Shown in pieces: positions 39,778 through 50,737 of a DNA stretch of 64,000 nucleotides (positions within the stretch are counted from its first letter, which is position 1; each line of letters opens with the position of its first letter). The stretch lies in NCBI GenBank assembly GCA_963809485.1, contig CAWEJX010000009.1, positions 32,001 to 96,000 of the forward strand, in the 5' to 3' direction. Source of the DNA: an uncultured Acidobacteriota bacterium (lineage in GTDB: Bacteria; Acidobacteriota; UBA6911). A program made the translations under genes and the position numbers. A model generated the notes under the pieces. That model was not told the origin of the DNA. It made no database searches and was given only the letters and a program-made list of their open reading frames with translations.

Positions 39778-41490
39778 CTATAGGGTATCGAAAATCGAGT
39801 CCAGATCGGAATCCGGCACGTCAAAGACCGCGTTATGGGGCGGCAAAGGTTCTTCGCGCATGTACTCGGGAATTCTGTAATCGGCCTGGGTGATGCCTGC
39901 CCTGCGGTTGAATTCGAGTTCGGTGCGAAGCACATCGCGGTTAAATTTATCGTAATCCTCCAGTTTCCATCCCCAGCCGTAAATCCCGTTGATCATATCG
40001 ATCATGAGCTGAGGGTTGGCGATGATGGGAGGACGGGCGAAAAGGCACAGCCCCGTGCTGTCGAGCATCGCGGCGATGATCTGCAACCGCAGCGACAGCG
40101 CTTTCTGCCCCTCGACACCGAGCGGATTGACTTCTTTGCGCGCGCCGAAGGCGTTCCCTGCCGTGTGATCGGCTCCCTGTGGCGAAGTGGCATAGGTGAC
40201 GCCGTTGCCTTTGAGGGTGCGCGGATCATAGCCCGGCATTGCCTGTCCGAGCGCGGTAGGAACGCGCCGTATGCCCAGCACACGCCCCGTCGTCACGGCG
40301 CCGCATCCGATCATGCGCCCGATGACGGTCCCTTCGCCCACCTGTTTCAATAGTCCTATGATTCCGTCGAAATCGCCGAACTTCGCCAGGCCGGCTTCGA
40401 TCGCCACTCCCAGCGCCGCCCCGGTCTCGATTGTGTCGAGGCCGAAATCGTTGCACATGTAGTTGATCGCAGCGACATCGTCGAGCTTTCCCAGTCCGAG
40501 GTTGGAACCGACAAGCGCGATGGTTTCATATTGAACCGTGCCGACAACCGGCTTTCCGGATTCATCGACGAAGAGATTCCGGCACGCGATCACGCAGCCC
40601 GGCATGCAGCGAGTCCCCACCTTGCCTTCACGCGCCAGCATCAGTTCGCGCAGTTTCTCGCCGCGCAAATCGGCCGACTGCTCGAAGGTCCCCTCCGAGA
40701 AATTTCGCGTTGGCAGCGATCCCATCTCGTTGACGGCGCCGACGATCGATGCCGTGCCGTACAGATGCTGCGATCCCTTGGTCCCCAGCTTTGGATCGGT
40801 AATCAGCTTCTGTGCAAAGGCCTTTGCCGCTGTGCGGAAAAGCTGTTCGTCGTGCATTTTGACCGCTCTGCCGAGCGGTTTGCGAATAACGACGGCTTTG
40901 AGCCCTTTGCTCCCCATCACCGCTCCGAGGCCTCCGCGCGCAGCGTGATTGCTTCGCTGATCGCGATCGCCCGTCGTTGCGATTCCTGCGCCCGTCATCA
41001 GCTGCTCTCCCGCCTTCCCAATGCTCAGGACGGAGGAATCGGCGCCGAAACGCTCCTGGAGGCGGTCTCCCGTTGCGTAGGTGCCCAATCCCACCAGGTC
41101 ATCGGCAGGAATCAGTCCGGCTGAGTCCCCGTCAATCACGAGCACGTGAAATTGTTTCGGCTTCCCCTGATCCTCAATGACGACCGCCTTAATCGCCAGT
41201 TTACCGAGCGCATCGCCGGCAGTGCCTCCTGCATTGGCTTCCTTGGCACCGCGAGTCAAAGGGCTTTTAGCCCCCACCGACAGCCTGCCGGCAGTTGCAA
41301 CGGCAGCTCCTCCGAGCAATCCGGGCGTAAAAATCAGTTTGTTGTGCGGTCCAAGCGCATCGCAGGCTGGCGGAATTTCGTGGAGCAGGAGCCTGGCGAT
41401 GAGAGCTCTGCCTCCAAGTTGTTCATATTCCTCGGGAACGGGTTCCCATCGAACTGCAGACTCCTTTACGTTGACGCGCAATATTTTCAC
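39778..41490 (-). CDS. Aldehyde ferredoxin oxidoreductase, second subfamily
   Basis: KSPLTRGAKEANAGG, RGGLGAVMGSKGLKA, CMPGCVIAC, NDFGLDTI, GADHTAG; GTG start with RBS AGGAGG. Confidence 0.93.
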   Translation of the reverse strand: MKILRVNVKESAVRWEPVPEEYEQLGGRALIARLLLHEIPPACDALGPHNKLIFTPGLLGGAAVATAGRLSVGAKSPLTRGAKEANAGGTAGDALGKLAIKAVVIEDQGKPKQFHVLVIDGDSAGLIPADDLVGLGTYATGDRLQERFGADSSVLSIGKAGEQLMTGAGIATTGDRDQRSNHAARGGLGAVMGSKGLKAVVIRKPLGRAVKMHDEQLFRTAAKAFAQKLITDPKLGTKGSQHLYGTASIVGAVNEMGSLPTRNFSEGTFEQSADLRGEKLRELMLAREGKVGTRCMPGCVIACRNLFVDESGKPVVGTVQYETIALVGSNLGLGKLDDVAAINYMCNDFGLDTIETGAALGVAIEAGLAKFGDFDGIIGLLKQVGEGTVIGRMIGCGAVTTGRVLGIRRVPTALGQAMPGYDPRTLKGNGVTYATSPQGADHTAGNAFGARKEVNPLGVEGQKALSLRLQIIAAMLDSTGLCLFARPPIIANPQLMIDMINGIYGWGWKLEDYDKFNRDVLRTELEFNRRAGITQADYRIPEYMREEPLPPHNAVFDVPDSDLDSIFDTL

Positions 41491-42033
41491 GGGCGACCTC
41501 CTAAAAAACATGCAAAAACCATATTAATGCCGTTTCCGCCCTGCGTCAATGATTTTCATTCTGCGGAAACAGATAAAATTGGATGTCCTGCGAATAATTT
41601 AGGCCCACCCGGATCTCCTGCTGCTCGAGCCTGGCTGCAAACTGCTTAAAACAGGATCGCCAGCAACGCACGGGCTTTTGCCTCCTTATATATGATTATT
41701 GTAATGTCGGTGTTAGTCATCGCTATTTCAGCGTGTTTCAGCGTTCCCCGACCCCGGAGCGGTCCAACTCTGTGAGTGTCTCCCGGCAAAGCCTGAGAGT
41801 TGCCGATACATCAGAATTCGCATCCGGCATGGAGACAAATATGGTACAAAGGTATTTCGCAAGCAGGCTGATTAGTCCCCCGCGTTGGAAGACTCGTTGC
41901 ATGGATAACGGCACGCAGGGGGATTTGTATGCCACATAGGGTATTATCAAGTGGACTCAGAAACCTGCCATGCGGACGGATGGGCATAAAACAAACCGGG
42001 TGCTTTCTTTTTATGGAGTAAGGGAGAAGTTCG

Positions 42034-43659
42034 ATGATTGAAACAGAAATGGCCGATGCATCAAAATCTGGCGGATCCAAAGTAATCAGCTGCCGAACAG
42101 GCAGCGGCTCTGATTCAGGATGGCGTCACCATCAGTTCGCCCATTATCGGTTTGGCCGGTTGGCCCGAAGAGATCGGGCGGGCGATCGCGAAGCGATATG
42201 AGGAAACGGGACATCCGAAGGGACTCACGCTGGTTTGCGGATCCGCGATGGGCAACCACAAGGACAAAGGGCCTCATGTGATCGGCCTCGAAGGATTGAT
42301 CACAAAGTACATCGGAGCTCATACCCACGGATCTCCAAACATCGGAGCGCTCATCCAGAACAACAAGATGCTCGCCTATTGTTTCCCCCAGGGAGTGGTC
42401 GTGCAGCTCTACAGGGAAATCGCCGCAAAACGCGCGGGAATGCTCACCAAAGTCGGACTCGGAACATTCGTCGATCCCCGCATTGAAGGCGGCAAGATGA
42501 ACGATCTGACCCGGAAGGCGCCCGACCTGAACGAAGTCGTGACCTTCGGCGGCGAGGAATATCTGTGGTATAAGCCGTTTCCCATCCACGTCGGCCTGAT
42601 CCGCGGGACAAAGGCCGATGAACGGGGCAATATCTCCATGGAAAAAGAGGGCGCCAATCTTGAAGCCCTTCAGGTGGCCCAGGCAGCCAGAAACTCCGGA
42701 GGCATCATCATTGCCCAGGTGGAATATCTGGCGAAGGCCGGCACGCTCCATGCCAAGTCGATCCAGGTGCCGGGCGTTCTCGTCGATTATGTCGTCGTTG
42801 CCAAGAATCCCCAGGAATTCCACATGCAGAGCGAAGGCATTTACTATCAGCCTGCATTCAGCGGAGATGTCGTCATGCCTCTCGGCGCCCTCCCGAAGCT
42901 TCCATTCGACGACAGACTGTTCATCCTGCGCCGCGCCACGCTGGAGCTTACGGAAAAATCCGTGGTCAACCTGGGCATCGGAATACCCGACAGGCTGGCA
43001 ACCGTCGCGGCGCATGAAGGCGTGACGGACATGCTGACGCTCACGACCGAGGTCGGCGGCGTGGGCGGCGTACCCGCCGGCTGGCCCAATTTCGGGATGA
43101 CCTACAACGCCGAAGCCTTCGTTTGTCACCCGAACATGTTCGACTGGTATGACGGCGGCGGTATCGACCTGGCTTTCCTGGGAATGGGAGAAGTCGACAA
43201 GTTCGGCAACGTGAACGTGAGCAAGTTCAATGGCCGGCCCATCGGATGCGGCGGATTTATCAACATCACGACGTCCTCGAAAAAGGTCGTCTTTTGCGGC
43301 ACTTTTACAACCGGCGGCCTCAAAGTAACCGCCGAGGATGGGAAAGGTAAAAATCCTGCAGGAAGGCAATCACAAAAAATTTCTCGACCATGTCGAACAG
43401 ATCACATTCAGCGGCAAGTATGCGGCCAAAGCCCAACAAGCCCATCCTCTATGTCACTGAACGCGCAGTCTTCAGACTGATCGACGGAGAGGTTACGCTG
43501 ATCGAGATCGCTCCGGGCATCGATCTGGAGAAGGATATCCTGGCGCATATGGACTTCAAGCCCCGCATTGCTCCCGATCTCAAGCTGATGCCGGAAGAGA
43601 TCTTTTATCCGACATGGGGCAAGCTGAAACAGCATATCGAAGCGAAGAGGAATCAATAG
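42034..43659 (+). CDS. Acyl-CoA:acetate/propionate CoA-transferase (Pct/YdiF-like) with three +1 frameshifts
   Basis: FPQG, VGLGTFVDPR, ADERGN, VNLGIGIP, TTEVG, GNVNVS, YVTERAVF; removing single bases near 42091, 43346 and 43433 restores a 540-aa ORF. Confidence 0.85.
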
Positions 43660-43703
43660 TCCCCGAGTCTTCCAAAAACCCGATCAGACCGGCCCATGCC
43701 AAG

Positions 43704-43750
43704 AAAGGCATCCCCGGCGTCCCGTTAGCCGGGGATGCCTTTTTGCTTTT
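43704..43750 (+). terminator. Intrinsic terminator
   Basis: AAAGGCATCCCCGGC..GCCGGGGATGCCTTT followed by Ts. Confidence 0.85.
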
Positions 43751-43836
43751 ACCGCGCGACTCCACAGTTGCGGTATCGTGTAAAGCAACTGGGTCGGTAG
43801 CGATTTAATAATTCCTATCCGCATGAATGGCAGCCT

Positions 43837-44601
43837 ATGACGGATCCGACACTGCGCTTTTCCAGCCGGGTTGAAAACTACGTCCAGTACCGTCCGCGAT
43901 ATCCGAGGGAAGTGATTGAGACCCTCCAAGAGGAGCGTGCGCTTAATGCTTCCTCGATAGTCGCCGATATCGGTTCCGGAGCCGGCGCCCTGACAGAACT
44001 TTTCCTTCAAAACGGGAACCGTGTATATGCCGTCGAGCCCAATCGGGAAATGCGAGAAGCTGCCGAGCTCCTCCTGCGGGATCATCCGGGTTTCCGCAGC
44101 GTTGAAGGCAGGGCGGAAGCTACGAACTTGGAACGCCAATGCGTGGATCTTGTCGCGGTAGGTCAGGCGTTCCACTGGTTCGATCCAGGGGAGACGCGCC
44201 GTGAGTTTTTGCGCATTCTCCACCCTCCCGCGTGGGTGATGGTGGTTTGGAATGAGCGGGAATTCCAGACGACACAATTCCTTATCGACTACGATCAGCT
44301 TCTTCAGCGCTATGCGCCGGACTATGCCCGGGTGGCGCATAAACGTGTTTACGATACCGCCCTGTCCGATTTCTTCGGACCCTCCGGCTTTACCTCAAGA
44401 ACGTTCAGATATCGTCAGGTGTTGGATTTTGCAGGTGTCCGGGGACGCATGCTTTCGTCATCCTATACGCCCGAGCCCGGTCATCCCAATCACGAGCCGA
44501 TGATGGCCGAGCTGTCAAGAATCTATAAAACCCATGAAGTAAATGGGCGTGTAACATTCGAGTACATCACCAGGATGTACTACGGCCGGTTGACAGACTA
44601 G
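43837..44601 (+). CDS. Class I SAM-dependent methyltransferase
   Basis: RFSSRVENY..RPRYP, ADIGSGAG, VEPN, QAFHWF. Confidence 0.92.
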   Translation: MTDPTLRFSSRVENYVQYRPRYPREVIETLQEERALNASSIVADIGSGAGALTELFLQNGNRVYAVEPNREMREAAELLLRDHPGFRSVEGRAEATNLERQCVDLVAVGQAFHWFDPGETRREFLRILHPPAWVMVVWNEREFQTTQFLIDYDQLLQRYAPDYARVAHKRVYDTALSDFFGPSGFTSRTFRYRQVLDFAGVRGRMLSSSYTPEPGHPNHEPMMAELSRIYKTHEVNGRVTFEYITRMYYGRLTD

Positions 44602-44773
44602 CCCGCCTTTACCCCGGAAATCCTCTTATGGCTCCGATCCCGGCATGTCCCTCCAAAATGGTTGCAGATCATGGGTCACAGGCTAAAAAGCTGCTCACAG
44701 GGCAAGGGGAGCCAAAGAGAGACGTGGAGAAGATCGACTGCGGGGAAAGGTATCAGGCAAAGAGTGGTGTTGT

Positions 44774-44980
44774 TCAGGCGGTTTCTTCGTACCAGCTGCC
44801 ATACGGCTCGGATTCGAGCTCTGCGAATGACGCAATCCGGGATAGCTCCAATAAAGGATACGGCGGGATGGCATCAAACTGCAGCGACATGCGATGCTCG
44901 CATTCAGAGCAGCCGCGTATAAACAGCCACGCTATCATGAGAAGAAATAGATAAATCCCAAATCCGATAATCCACAACAT
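44774..44980 (-). CDS. Small single-pass membrane hypothetical protein
   Basis: 68 aa, N-terminal TM then CSEC; preceded by a sigma54-type promoter. Confidence 0.45.
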   Translation of the reverse strand: MLWIIGFGIYLFLLMIAWLFIRGCSECEHRMSLQFDAIPPYPLLELSRIASFAELESEPYGSWYEETA

Positions 44981-45054
44981 ATCTGCCCGTCCCTGGAAAA
45001 TTAGGATTGATGACAAATTTCCAACAAGCACTTGCTTTGGATAATGATCATGCA

Positions 45055-45070
45055 AGCAAAATCCGCGCCA
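45055..45070 (-). promoter_or_regulatory. Sigma54 (-24/-12) promoter
   Basis: Minus strand TGGCGC-GGATT-TTGCT. Confidence 0.6.
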
Positions 45071-45532
45071 ACCCGGAACAACTCGACCTGGTGCCATAAC
45101 CCTTTGATAATCATCACTTTATTGAATTTATTGGGCGATGCATCGTTTGTCGCAACCAAAGCCACTTCAGGGCATAAACGGACTGCCACAGGGCAATTAT
45201 TCCACATCTTATTGATAAATAATCATTTATCCCATAGGGGAAAATTTCCCGGATCCCGTTTGTATTTTGCAACCTCAACCGACTCTGCATTGCGGGAAAT
45301 TCCCTGCCCCGCGTCTATCGCAGGGTGTATACTCGGGTTTCGGAGCGCTGCATGCCTTCGGAATCCCGTGCAGCACAAACATTTCACTTGAGGATGCCAG
45401 TCGCAAAGGATTCTGCGCCGGCGGCTGGAAGAGTTGTTTCTAAAGTGCATCACCACGCTGTGAAGTTCTTCCTGATAGATAGGTGTCCGGCGGATGCGGC
45501 CCCGGAGAAGAACTGGTGATGGGAGGTAAATC

Positions 45533-47338
45533 ATGGAAAAGCGCCAAAAGTTCTCCGTCTGGTACGTCCTTCTGGGCATATGGGTGGTGCTGATCGTCCA
45601 GAGTTACATCGCCTCCATGCTCGCAGCCCAAATGATGCCGTACAGCCGTTTCCTGGACCTCCTTAAGAACGGAAAGATTGTCGAGGTAGCTGTTACGGCC
45701 AATCAGATCGAGGGCAAGATGAAAGTGGACGGAGGGGCGCCCGGAGAGACAAAGGCTTTCCACACCGTCCGTGTGGACCCGGAATTGTCCACCCTGCTCG
45801 ACCAGTACAAGGTTGTTTTCAAAGGGGAAATCGAGTCGACGTTTTTGCGCGACATTTTTTCATGGATTTTTCCCCTGCTGCTGTTTGTGGGCATCTGGTA
45901 CTTCTTCATAAAGAGGATGGGAGCCCAACAGGCCGGCTTCATGACGCTCGGCAAAAACAAAGCAAAGATTTATGTACAGGATGAATTGAACGTTACATTC
46001 AAGGACGTTGCCGGCGTGGATGAAGCCGAGCAGGAATTGGTCGAGGTCGTTGAATTCCTGAAATCCCCGGGGAAATTCACGGAACTGGGCGGGAGGATCC
46101 CCAAGGGCATTCTCCTCGTCGGTCCTCCGGGAGCCGGGAAAACCCTCCTGGCTAAAGCTGTGGCTGGGGAGAGCGGCGTCCCCTTCTTCAGTCTGTCCGG
46201 GTCGGAGTTCGTCGAAATGTTCGTGGGTCTTGGGGCGGCCCGCGTGCGCGACCTTTTCGCCCAGGCCAAAGAGAAAGCCCCGTGCATCATATTTATCGAT
46301 GAACTCGATGCCCTGGGAAAGGCCCGGGGAGTTGCTGCCATCGGCGGACACGACGAAAGGGAACAAACCCTCAATCAGCTCCTGGTGGAAATGGACGGCT
46401 TCGATCCGAACGCAGGAGTTATTCTCATGGCTGCAACCAACAGGCCGGAGATTCTGGATCCCGCCCTCCTGAGACCGGGCCGGTTCGATCGCCATGTCCT
46501 CGTAGACCGTCCGGATAAAGCAGGACGGGTGGAAATCCTCAAGGTGCACCTGAAAAAAATAAAAATGGTTTCGGATCTTGACGTGGAGAAGCTCGCCGGC
46601 ATGACATCCGGGATGGTAGGGGCGGACCTTGCCAACCTGGTCAATGAAGCCGCGCTACTTGCCGTCCGGCGGAACAGGAAAGAGGTGGGGATGGCGGACT
46701 TCGAGGAGGCTGTCGAGCGAATCGTGGCAGGGCTCGAAAAGAAGAACCGCCTGATAAATCCGGAGGAGAGGAAAGTCGTTGCGTATCACGAGATGGGCCA
46801 CGCCCTGATAGCCCTCTCTTTGCCCGGCACGGATCCCGTGCAAAAAATTTCCATCATTCCGCGCGGCATTGCGGCTTTGGGCTACACCATGCAGGTCCCG
46901 ACCGAGGATCGCTTCCTGATGAAGAAGACCGAGCTTCTCAACAAGATCGCATCACTGCTGGGAGGCAGGGCTGCGGAGGAGATCATATTCGGGGACATCT
47001 CCACCGGCGCTCATAACGATCTGGCCAGAGCTACAGATATAGCGAAAAGCATGATCAAGGAATACGGCATGAGCGACAAATTAGGTCAGGTGTACTTCTC
47101 CCGGGAAAAGCGCCAGCAGTTTCTCGACCTGGGCGTGCAGGAAACAGCCGATTACAGCAACGCCACGGCAGAGTCCATAGACCGGGAAATCAGCGCAATC
47201 ATCAACAGGGAATATGCCCGGGCGATGGAAATTCTCAAAAGCAGGAAAGGCATCCTCGAAAAAGGGGCTGCCCTGCTACTCGAAAAAGAAAAAATCGAGG
47301 GGCCGGAACTGCAGGCGCTTGTTGCCGCAAACCTGTGA
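45533..47338 (+). CDS. ftsH: ATP-dependent zinc metalloprotease FtsH
   Basis: Two TM segments, [26 protein letters not shown]. Confidence 0.97.
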   Translation: MEKRQKFSVWYVLLGIWVVLIVQSYIASMLAAQMMPYSRFLDLLKNGKIVEVAVTANQIEGKMKVDGGAPGETKAFHTVRVDPELSTLLDQYKVVFKGEIESTFLRDIFSWIFPLLLFVGIWYFFIKRMGAQQAGFMTLGKNKAKIYVQDELNVTFKDVAGVDEAEQELVEVVEFLKSPGKFTELGGRIPKGILLVGPPGAGKTLLAKAVAGESGVPFFSLSGSEFVEMFVGLGAARVRDLFAQAKEKAPCIIFIDELDALGKARGVAAIGGHDEREQTLNQLLVEMDGFDPNAGVILMAATNRPEILDPALLRPGRFDRHVLVDRPDKAGRVEILKVHLKKIKMVSDLDVEKLAGMTSGMVGADLANLVNEAALLAVRRNRKEVGMADFEEAVERIVAGLEKKNRLINPEERKVVAYHEMGHALIALSLPGTDPVQKISIIPRGIAALGYTMQVPTEDRFLMKKTELLNKIASLLGGRAAEEIIFGDISTGAHNDLARATDIAKSMIKEYGMSDKLGQVYFSREKRQQFLDLGVQETADYSNATAESIDREISAIINREYARAMEILKSRKGILEKGAALLLEKEKIEGPELQALVAANL

Positions 47339-47366
47339 ATGTTCATTCATCCTGGAGCAAACTATC

Positions 47367-47678
47367 ATGAGTTCCAATCCTTTGCAGCGGACATCCGTTA
47401 TTGCCCAACTCCTGAGGCGTCTGAACCTGCGGTACCCGACGCTATTCCTCCTCATGGGCGGTCTGACGCTGATCGATTTCCTGGTGCCCGACTTCATCCC
47501 TTTTGTAGATGAAATCGGGCTCGCGTGTCTCACAATTTTGTTGGGATCATGGAAAGGCCGTAAGGTCCCGCCTCCGAGACGAAGCCTCCTGACACGCGAT
47601 CGCCGGCTCCTGCAAGCTGACCTGAATAACGAATCCCTGGTTTACCGCGACAGGATTCCGATGTTGCTCATCCTCTAA
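47367..47678 (+). CDS. Small membrane protein (DUF6116-like)
   Basis: LRYPTLF..DFLVPDFIPFVDEI motif. Confidence 0.65.
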   Translation: MSSNPLQRTSVIAQLLRRLNLRYPTLFLLMGGLTLIDFLVPDFIPFVDEIGLACLTILLGSWKGRKVPPPRRSLLTRDRRLLQADLNNESLVYRDRIPMLLIL

Positions 47679-48370
47679 GCCTTCACGACTTCTTCGAAAT
47701 CAAAGCGCCCGCGCCGGACTTCCCCGTACTTTTCGAAACTGTCAATCCAGCCCTGAACCCTTTCCTCACCATAGGTTCTTTTGAATGCGGCCACAATTTC
47801 CAGTACCGGGATGTCCGCGTAACTGCCGTAAAACTCCACATATTCCATAAATCTTCTGTTGTCGGGGCTGTAAGGCTGAAAAATCGAGTCTTCCCGGCCG
47901 TTGAAGTCCAGCGGCTTGACCCCGTGCCGCTCGCACAGTTCCCTGTTGAATGCGGGCGTGGCTTTAATCCATTGGCCGTTCAGGAAAAATTCCGTAAAGG
48001 CATGGTAGACGAACAGGTCCGACCCCATGAATTCCAGCAGCTGCCGAGTGGCCAGATGGTTCCGCACCGTAGCGAAACCGATGCGGGACGGGATGCCGAC
48101 GGCTCTTCCGAGGGCGCACAGGAGCGACGCCTTGGGAATGCAGAATCCCCGCTTCCCTTTTAACACATTGCTGGCGCGGTAACGGTCGGAGCTATGGAAT
48201 GGATAGTAAGGGTCATACCAGATGCCGTCCCGTACGGCATAGTAGAGACACATGGCCCAGTCGACGGGATTCAGATCGTCCCCGATCTTCTCCCGGGCGA
48301 AGGCCCGGATTTCCGCATGATCACTGTCGATGATGGCTGTAGGTTCCAGATAGGGTGCCAACAAATCCAT
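47675..48370 (-). CDS. Transglutaminase-like family protein
   Basis: YYAVRDGI.YDPY, GFCIPKA, VRNHL, VYHAF.E, W.KATPAF. Confidence 0.88.
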   Translation of the reverse strand: MDLLAPYLEPTAIIDSDHAEIRAFAREKIGDDLNPVDWAMCLYYAVRDGIWYDPYYPFHSSDRYRASNVLKGKRGFCIPKASLLCALGRAVGIPSRIGFATVRNHLATRQLLEFMGSDLFVYHAFTEFFLNGQWIKATPAFNRELCERHGVKPLDFNGREDSIFQPYSPDNRRFMEYVEFYGSYADIPVLEIVAAFKRTYGEERVQGWIDSFEKYGEVRRGRFDFEEVVKA

Positions 48371-48483
48371 AGTTCCGTTCTCCCTGTATCGCGGGCATTA
48401 TAAACCATTTGCGAACTCCGCCGCTGCCCCGAAAAATCCCGGATTTGAAAATTGGCGTTGCGGGACCCGTTTATTATATAGTT

Positions 48484-50535
48484 ATGGGCATGGATAATGT
48501 TTCGAAGCGTTATCACACGCTGCTCGAAATATCCGAAGCCATCGCTGCCCATTATCAGTTTTCAGATTTTTTTCAGTCTTTGAAAAGCAGCCTTGGGCGG
48601 ATTATTCGCTTTGACAGCTTCGGTATTTCCCTGTATGACCCGGAGCAGCAGACGAGCCGGCTGTACATGCTCGAACCCGACATGCCCGTGGAATTCCCCG
48701 TCGGAAGGATTTTTCGCGCGGATGAAACCCCGAATGCCTCGGTACTCCAAACGCTGCAGCCCTATTACGCCCCGGATGTTGAGCAGGACCATCGCTTTCC
48801 TGAAGTCTCCGGCTCCATGCGGCGCCAGGGAATCAGGAGCTGCTGCGTGCTGCCCCTTCACACGGCCCGGCGCAGGCTGGGAGTCCTGTTTTTCGGGGCT
48901 GCGGTAAAAAATGCTTATCCCAGCGGGGACATCGAGTTCATGCAGGATGCGGCCCGTCAGATCGGCGTGGCGCTGGAAAACCTGCTGAACCACGAAGCTG
49001 CTGCCGCGATGCAGGCAGAACTGGCCAATGAGCGCGACCATCTTCAGCTGCTGCTCGACGTGAGTGATGCGGTGGCTGCCGAACTGGACATCCGGAAGCT
49101 TTTCGTCTCCATCTCGACCTGCCTGAGGAAGCTGCTGAAAGCTGAGTTCGCAAGTCTCACCCTCATCGACGAGGACACAGGGCTCCTGCGGCGCCTGTCG
49201 CTTGATTTTCCGGGCAGCCGGGGCGTATTTGAAGAAAACGCGCTGCTGCCACGCGAAGGGACTCCAGCAGGCGAAGCGTTATCAAAACGGGCTCCGGCTC
49301 TGTGGCTCCGGGAGAAAATGGAAAGCGTCAACCAGCCCTGGGCCAGGAACCTGCTCCGGGAGGGATTGGTCGAGTTCTGCGCAGCCCCTCTTATATCACG
49401 GCAGCGAGAACTCGGCACGCTCAACCTTCTCAGCCGGCGCGAGGGCGCTTTCAGCGAATCCCACATCAAGCTGCTCCTGGAAGTTGCGGCGCATTTCGCG
49501 ATCGCGCTGGACAATGCCCTTGCATACCGCCGCATCGGGGAGCTGAATCAGAAACTGGCCAAGGAAAACCTTTACCTGACGGACGAGATCCGCAGCAATT
49601 ATTTATTCGAAGAAATTATCGGCGAAAGTAAAAGCCTGCAGAAAGCCCTGAAACAGGTTGATCTCGTAGCCCCTTCGGATTCGACGGTGCTGATATGCGG
49701 CGAGACAGGAACCGGCAAGGAACAAATCGCCCGCGCCATCCACAACCTCAGTGAGCGCCGGATGAGCACGTTCGTTAAACTCAACTGCGCAGCCATACCG
49801 ACCGGGCTGCTCGAAAGCGAAATGTTCGGACATGAAAAGGGAGCATTCACGGGCGCCATCGCTCAGCGCATCGGCCGCTTCGAGCTTGCGCATCGCGGCA
49901 CGCTGTTCCTGGATGAAATCGGCGACATCCCGCTCGAGCTCCAGTCAAAACTGTTGCGCGTGCTGCAGGAACAGGAATTCGAGCGGCTGGGGAGCGGAAG
50001 CACCATTCGGGTGGACGTTCGACTTGTCGCCGCTACCAACCGCAATCTTCCGGAAATGGTGGAAAAGGGAGAATTCCGGAATGACCTGTTTTATCGGCTG
50101 AATGTTTTCCCGATTGTTTTGCCGCCGTTGCGGCAGCGCAGCGATGATATTCCGCTGTTGGTCCGGTATTTTGCTCAGCAGGTCGCACGGCGCATGGGAA
50201 AGAAGATCCGCACAATCCCCGCAGAGACCATGGATAAGCTGGTTCGGTATCCCTGGCCGGGAAACGTGCGGGAACTGCAGAATCTGATTGAAAGGGCCGT
50301 AATCCTCTCTCCCGGGGACGTGCTGCAGGTACCGATCACCGAACTGAAAATTCCTTCCACACCAGCCGGGCACCCCGCGCAGACTCTTGAACAGGCCGAG
50401 CGCCTGCACGTCCTTGATGCATTGCGCGAGACCAACTGGGTTGTCAGCGGGCCGCGCGGAGCAGCCGCGCGGCTGGGCTTGAAACGCTCCACCCTTCAAT
50501 CCCGCATGAAAAAGCTTGGCATCCGCAAGGCATAG
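48484..50535 (+). CDS. Sigma54-dependent activator, GAF-GAF-AAA+-HTH (FhlA/HyfR-like)
   Basis: GETGTGKE, GAFTGA, FLDEIG, FYRLNVFP, WPGNVREL, AAARLGLKRSTL. Confidence 0.95.
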   Translation: MGMDNVSKRYHTLLEISEAIAAHYQFSDFFQSLKSSLGRIIRFDSFGISLYDPEQQTSRLYMLEPDMPVEFPVGRIFRADETPNASVLQTLQPYYAPDVEQDHRFPEVSGSMRRQGIRSCCVLPLHTARRRLGVLFFGAAVKNAYPSGDIEFMQDAARQIGVALENLLNHEAAAAMQAELANERDHLQLLLDVSDAVAAELDIRKLFVSISTCLRKLLKAEFASLTLIDEDTGLLRRLSLDFPGSRGVFEENALLPREGTPAGEALSKRAPALWLREKMESVNQPWARNLLREGLVEFCAAPLISRQRELGTLNLLSRREGAFSESHIKLLLEVAAHFAIALDNALAYRRIGELNQKLAKENLYLTDEIRSNYLFEEIIGESKSLQKALKQVDLVAPSDSTVLICGETGTGKEQIARAIHNLSERRMSTFVKLNCAAIPTGLLESEMFGHEKGAFTGAIAQRIGRFELAHRGTLFLDEIGDIPLELQSKLLRVLQEQEFERLGSGSTIRVDVRLVAATNRNLPEMVEKGEFRNDLFYRLNVFPIVLPPLRQRSDDIPLLVRYFAQQVARRMGKKIRTIPAETMDKLVRYPWPGNVRELQNLIERAVILSPGDVLQVPITELKIPSTPAGHPAQTLEQAERLHVLDALRETNWVVSGPRGAAARLGLKRSTLQSRMKKLGIRKA

Positions 50536-50595
50536 ACTCCATCCGCGTAAATCATAGACCCATTTTAACCAGTGCTTCCCCGAATTGCCCGTGAA

Positions 50596-50629
50596 TGCCG
50601 AAAGCCCGGCATATGCCGATATATCGGCA
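50596..50629. promoter_or_regulatory. Tandem palindromic enhancer (UAS)
   Basis: TGCCGAAAGCCCGGCA and TGCCGATATATCGGCA. Confidence 0.7.
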
Positions 50630-50692
50630 CTGAAAAAGCGGCAATCTGTCCCAATAATTCTCTAAGTCATTCTTCTTCAACAGACAAGCAAT

Positions 50693-50708
50693 TGGCACGC
50701 AATTTGCA
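50693..50708 (+). promoter_or_regulatory. Sigma54 promoter
   Basis: TGGCAC-GCAAT-TTGCA consensus match. Confidence 0.85.
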
Positions 50709-50737
50709 ATAGATAAAATCCGTGGGGGACGAACAAA

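Noticed and set aside
41700-41960. Short ORFs upstream of the CoA-transferase
   Set aside because: No RBS or motifs, and overlapping candidates on both strands
45190-45240. DnaA boxes or oriC in an AT-rich stretch
   Set aside because: TTATTCCACA and TTATCCCATA are mismatched and not clustered; no replication genes nearby
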